Source: Octopus bimaculoides (lineage: Eukaryota). Taken from it: a stretch of 36,896 nt of DNA. Within the stretch, counting starts at the first letter, position 1, and each line of letters starts with the position of its first letter. Positions 35,001-36,896 of this stretch are shown piece by piece. A program made the translations under genes and the position numbers. Location: positions 46,108,073-46,144,968 of the forward strand of contig NC_068985.1 of NCBI RefSeq assembly GCF_001194135.2, written 5' to 3'. Under the pieces are notes generated by a model. That model was not told the origin of the DNA. It saw only the letters and a program-made list of their open reading frames with translations, and did not search any database.

Positions 35001-35357
35001 GGATGCGAAATTTTTTTTCCCACGAAAGTTCCGGACCCCAGTTACTAACTCATTTGCATACAGCCAATCAGAGCTCAACTATCAAACTAATTTATGGGCG
35101 CATAACAGGTGATGAGCGATAAGATAAGGTCACTTGGGTGAGGAATGACCATGCTTCTTTTCTCTTTTAATAATGCTTGTTGTTCTTGTTAGGCCTAATC
35201 CTTCAACGGTCTGCCAGCACCAATGCGGTTTCTGCCATCAGCAACAACCAACCTTTGTTAACTTGACGACAAGGTCAAAATCAGCTCTGATTGGCTGTAT
35301 GCAATTGAGTTCATTACTGGGGTCCGGAACTCTCGTGGGAAAAAAATTTCACGCCCG
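35001..35357. mobile_element. MITE-like element with about 75-bp imperfect TIRs
   Basis: 35001-35075 (GAAATTTTTTTTCCCACGAAAGTTCCGGACCCCAGT...TGCATACAGCCAATCAGAGCT) is the reverse complement of 35283-35357. No TSD identified. Confidence 0.85.
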
Positions 35358-35547
35358 AGGTTCCGATAGGATTAGGATCCCAATTCTGATCTATGTATGG
35401 TGTGGCATATTGCCAATAAATAATAAACACTTAATCAATGATTCTCGACAATGTTTTGCCTATCACCCCTTTGATTCTTGTTTTACTCTTCTGGGCCTCC
35501 ATAGACATTCAATGTTTATATATATATATATATATACACTGTATTTT

Positions 35548-35913
35548 TGTGATAAGAAGTTTGCTTCCCAACAACATGGTTCTGGGTTCAGTTTCACTGC
35601 GTGGTACCTCGGGCTAGTGTCTTCTGCTATAGCCTCAGACCCACTAAAGCTCGTCGTGTGTGTGCGTGTGCGTGCGTGCATGTGTATGTGTGTATCTTTG
35701 TGTCTGTGTTTACGTCCCCCACCATCGCTTGAGAACTGGCGTTGGCGTGTTTACGTCCCCGTAACTTAGCGAATCAGCAAAAGTGACCGATAGAATACGT
35801 AACAGGCCTAAGGAAAATAAATAATGGAATCGATTCATTGGACTAAAAATTCTTCAAGGCGGTGCCCTAGCATGGCCGCAGTCTAGTGATTGAAACAAGT
35901 AAAAGACAAAAGA
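35548..35913 (+). mobile_element. SINE family A, diverged, with a short internal deletion
   Basis: Colinear with 22704-23119 but lacks the GTGAGTGGATTTGGTAGACGG block. Confidence 0.88.
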
Positions 35914-36070
35914 TAGTCAAAAATCTTATATGGACCCCTGTTGAGAACCATTGCACTAAAGGGATCAGTGCATTAATTTGCCCGGGGTTCTATAAATACT
36001 CCTGAGATGACTCTGGCTAAATTTGACCAGTGGTCCTTAACATTTTCATCACCATGGACGACTCCTCAAT

Positions 36071-36243
36071 CGCTGGCGTAGCTGGTGGGGTGGGTGATCT
36101 TCAAGGGCGGTCCGCCCCGGGCGGCACTTTTAAAGGGGCGTCACTTTTAGGTCTGCTGTAGGCAATATGTGTTTTATTGTGGGGTCCTGGGGCAGCAAAC
36201 GGAAGGGCCATCCCGGGTGGCACACACTCTAGCTACGCTAGTG
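36071..36243. mobile_element. hAT-like MITE (173 bp)
   Basis: TIR CGCTGGCGTAGCT / AGCTACGCTAGTG (11/13). Flanks TCCTCAAT and TCTTCAGT (6/8) are consistent with a decayed 8-bp TSD. Confidence 0.6.
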
Positions 36244-36592
36244 TCTTCAGTTTTCCTCTTCACACACACCAGGCTTTTGAAAGGTCTGTCTACTGAACAA
36301 TCTCTCGGACTGCAATTGCCCAATGCACAGTCCCCGGATGCAAGTAAATACAAAATTGCTCCGTATCTGTACCGCTGTAGTTAATGTAAGAAAGGGCTAC
36401 AAATCTTCTCGTTTGAAGAAACGCGAAAAGCAGTCTAAAACGCTTGTCGTCGTAACACAATGTCGATTCTTCAGACAGAATTTGGTTTAGAAAGACGCAA
36501 AAATAGTTCTGTAGCTTTAAATTCCCTGTACTTTAACGATCCATGTCTATCCAAGAAAAGGTTTAGCATTTTTATATATTGTATAGGTATAA

Positions 36593-36750
36593 CTGTATGG
36601 TTAAAAAGCACGCTGTGACTACGTGGTTTTGTGTTAAGCTCTATAGCGCAACGCCTTAGGCAAGTGTCTTCTACTATAGCCTCCAACCATCCAACCAACC
36701 AACGTATTGTCAGAGAATATGGTATACGGAAATTGTGTGGAAACCTGTCG

Positions 36751-36839
<89 letters not shown>

Positions 36840-36851
36840 GTCTGTCTGTCT
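36593..36851 (+). mobile_element. Diverged SINE family A 5' half running into a (TATC)n tract
   Basis: GGCAAGTGTCTTCTACTATAGCCTC...TGGTATACGGAAA...CCTGTCGTAT, then (TATC)n at about 36751-36838. Confidence 0.75.
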
Positions 36852-36896
36852 GTGTTTCTTCCCCTCCGATTGATATATGTATACGTTACACACACA

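Noticed and set aside
460-36873. Most ORFs in the supplied track (HTHT, YIYI, LSLS, VCVC, X-runs)
   Set aside because: They are translations of microsatellites, N gaps or SINE bodies, and the same peptides recur wherever the SINEs recur.

Overview
Eukaryotic, AT-rich, microsatellite-dense genomic DNA with about 5 kb of N gaps. The repeat landscape looks like an octopus (cephalopod) draft scaffold; this is inferred from recognising the SINE families, not from a database search. No intact host protein-coding gene can be supported: the ORF track mostly reflects microsatellites, N-runs and SINEs. The window is a patchwork of at least three tRNA-derived SINE families (called A, B and C here), several non-autonomous DNA elements, and small transposase relics. 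The most interesting signals are: (1) a family of GGATCT-ended TIR elements with 8-bp target-site duplications (Merlin-like), one cleanly nested in a SINE, plus a nearby degenerate ISXO2/Merlin-type transposase C-terminus; (2) three telomere-like TTAGGG arrays, each enclosed by inverted repeats, two of them head-to-head; (3) two repeat copies carrying hammerhead-ribozyme core boxes at identical spacing; (4) mosaic SINEs in which three different heads sit on one shared 3' body. All alignments were done by eye, so coordinates may be off by a few bases.
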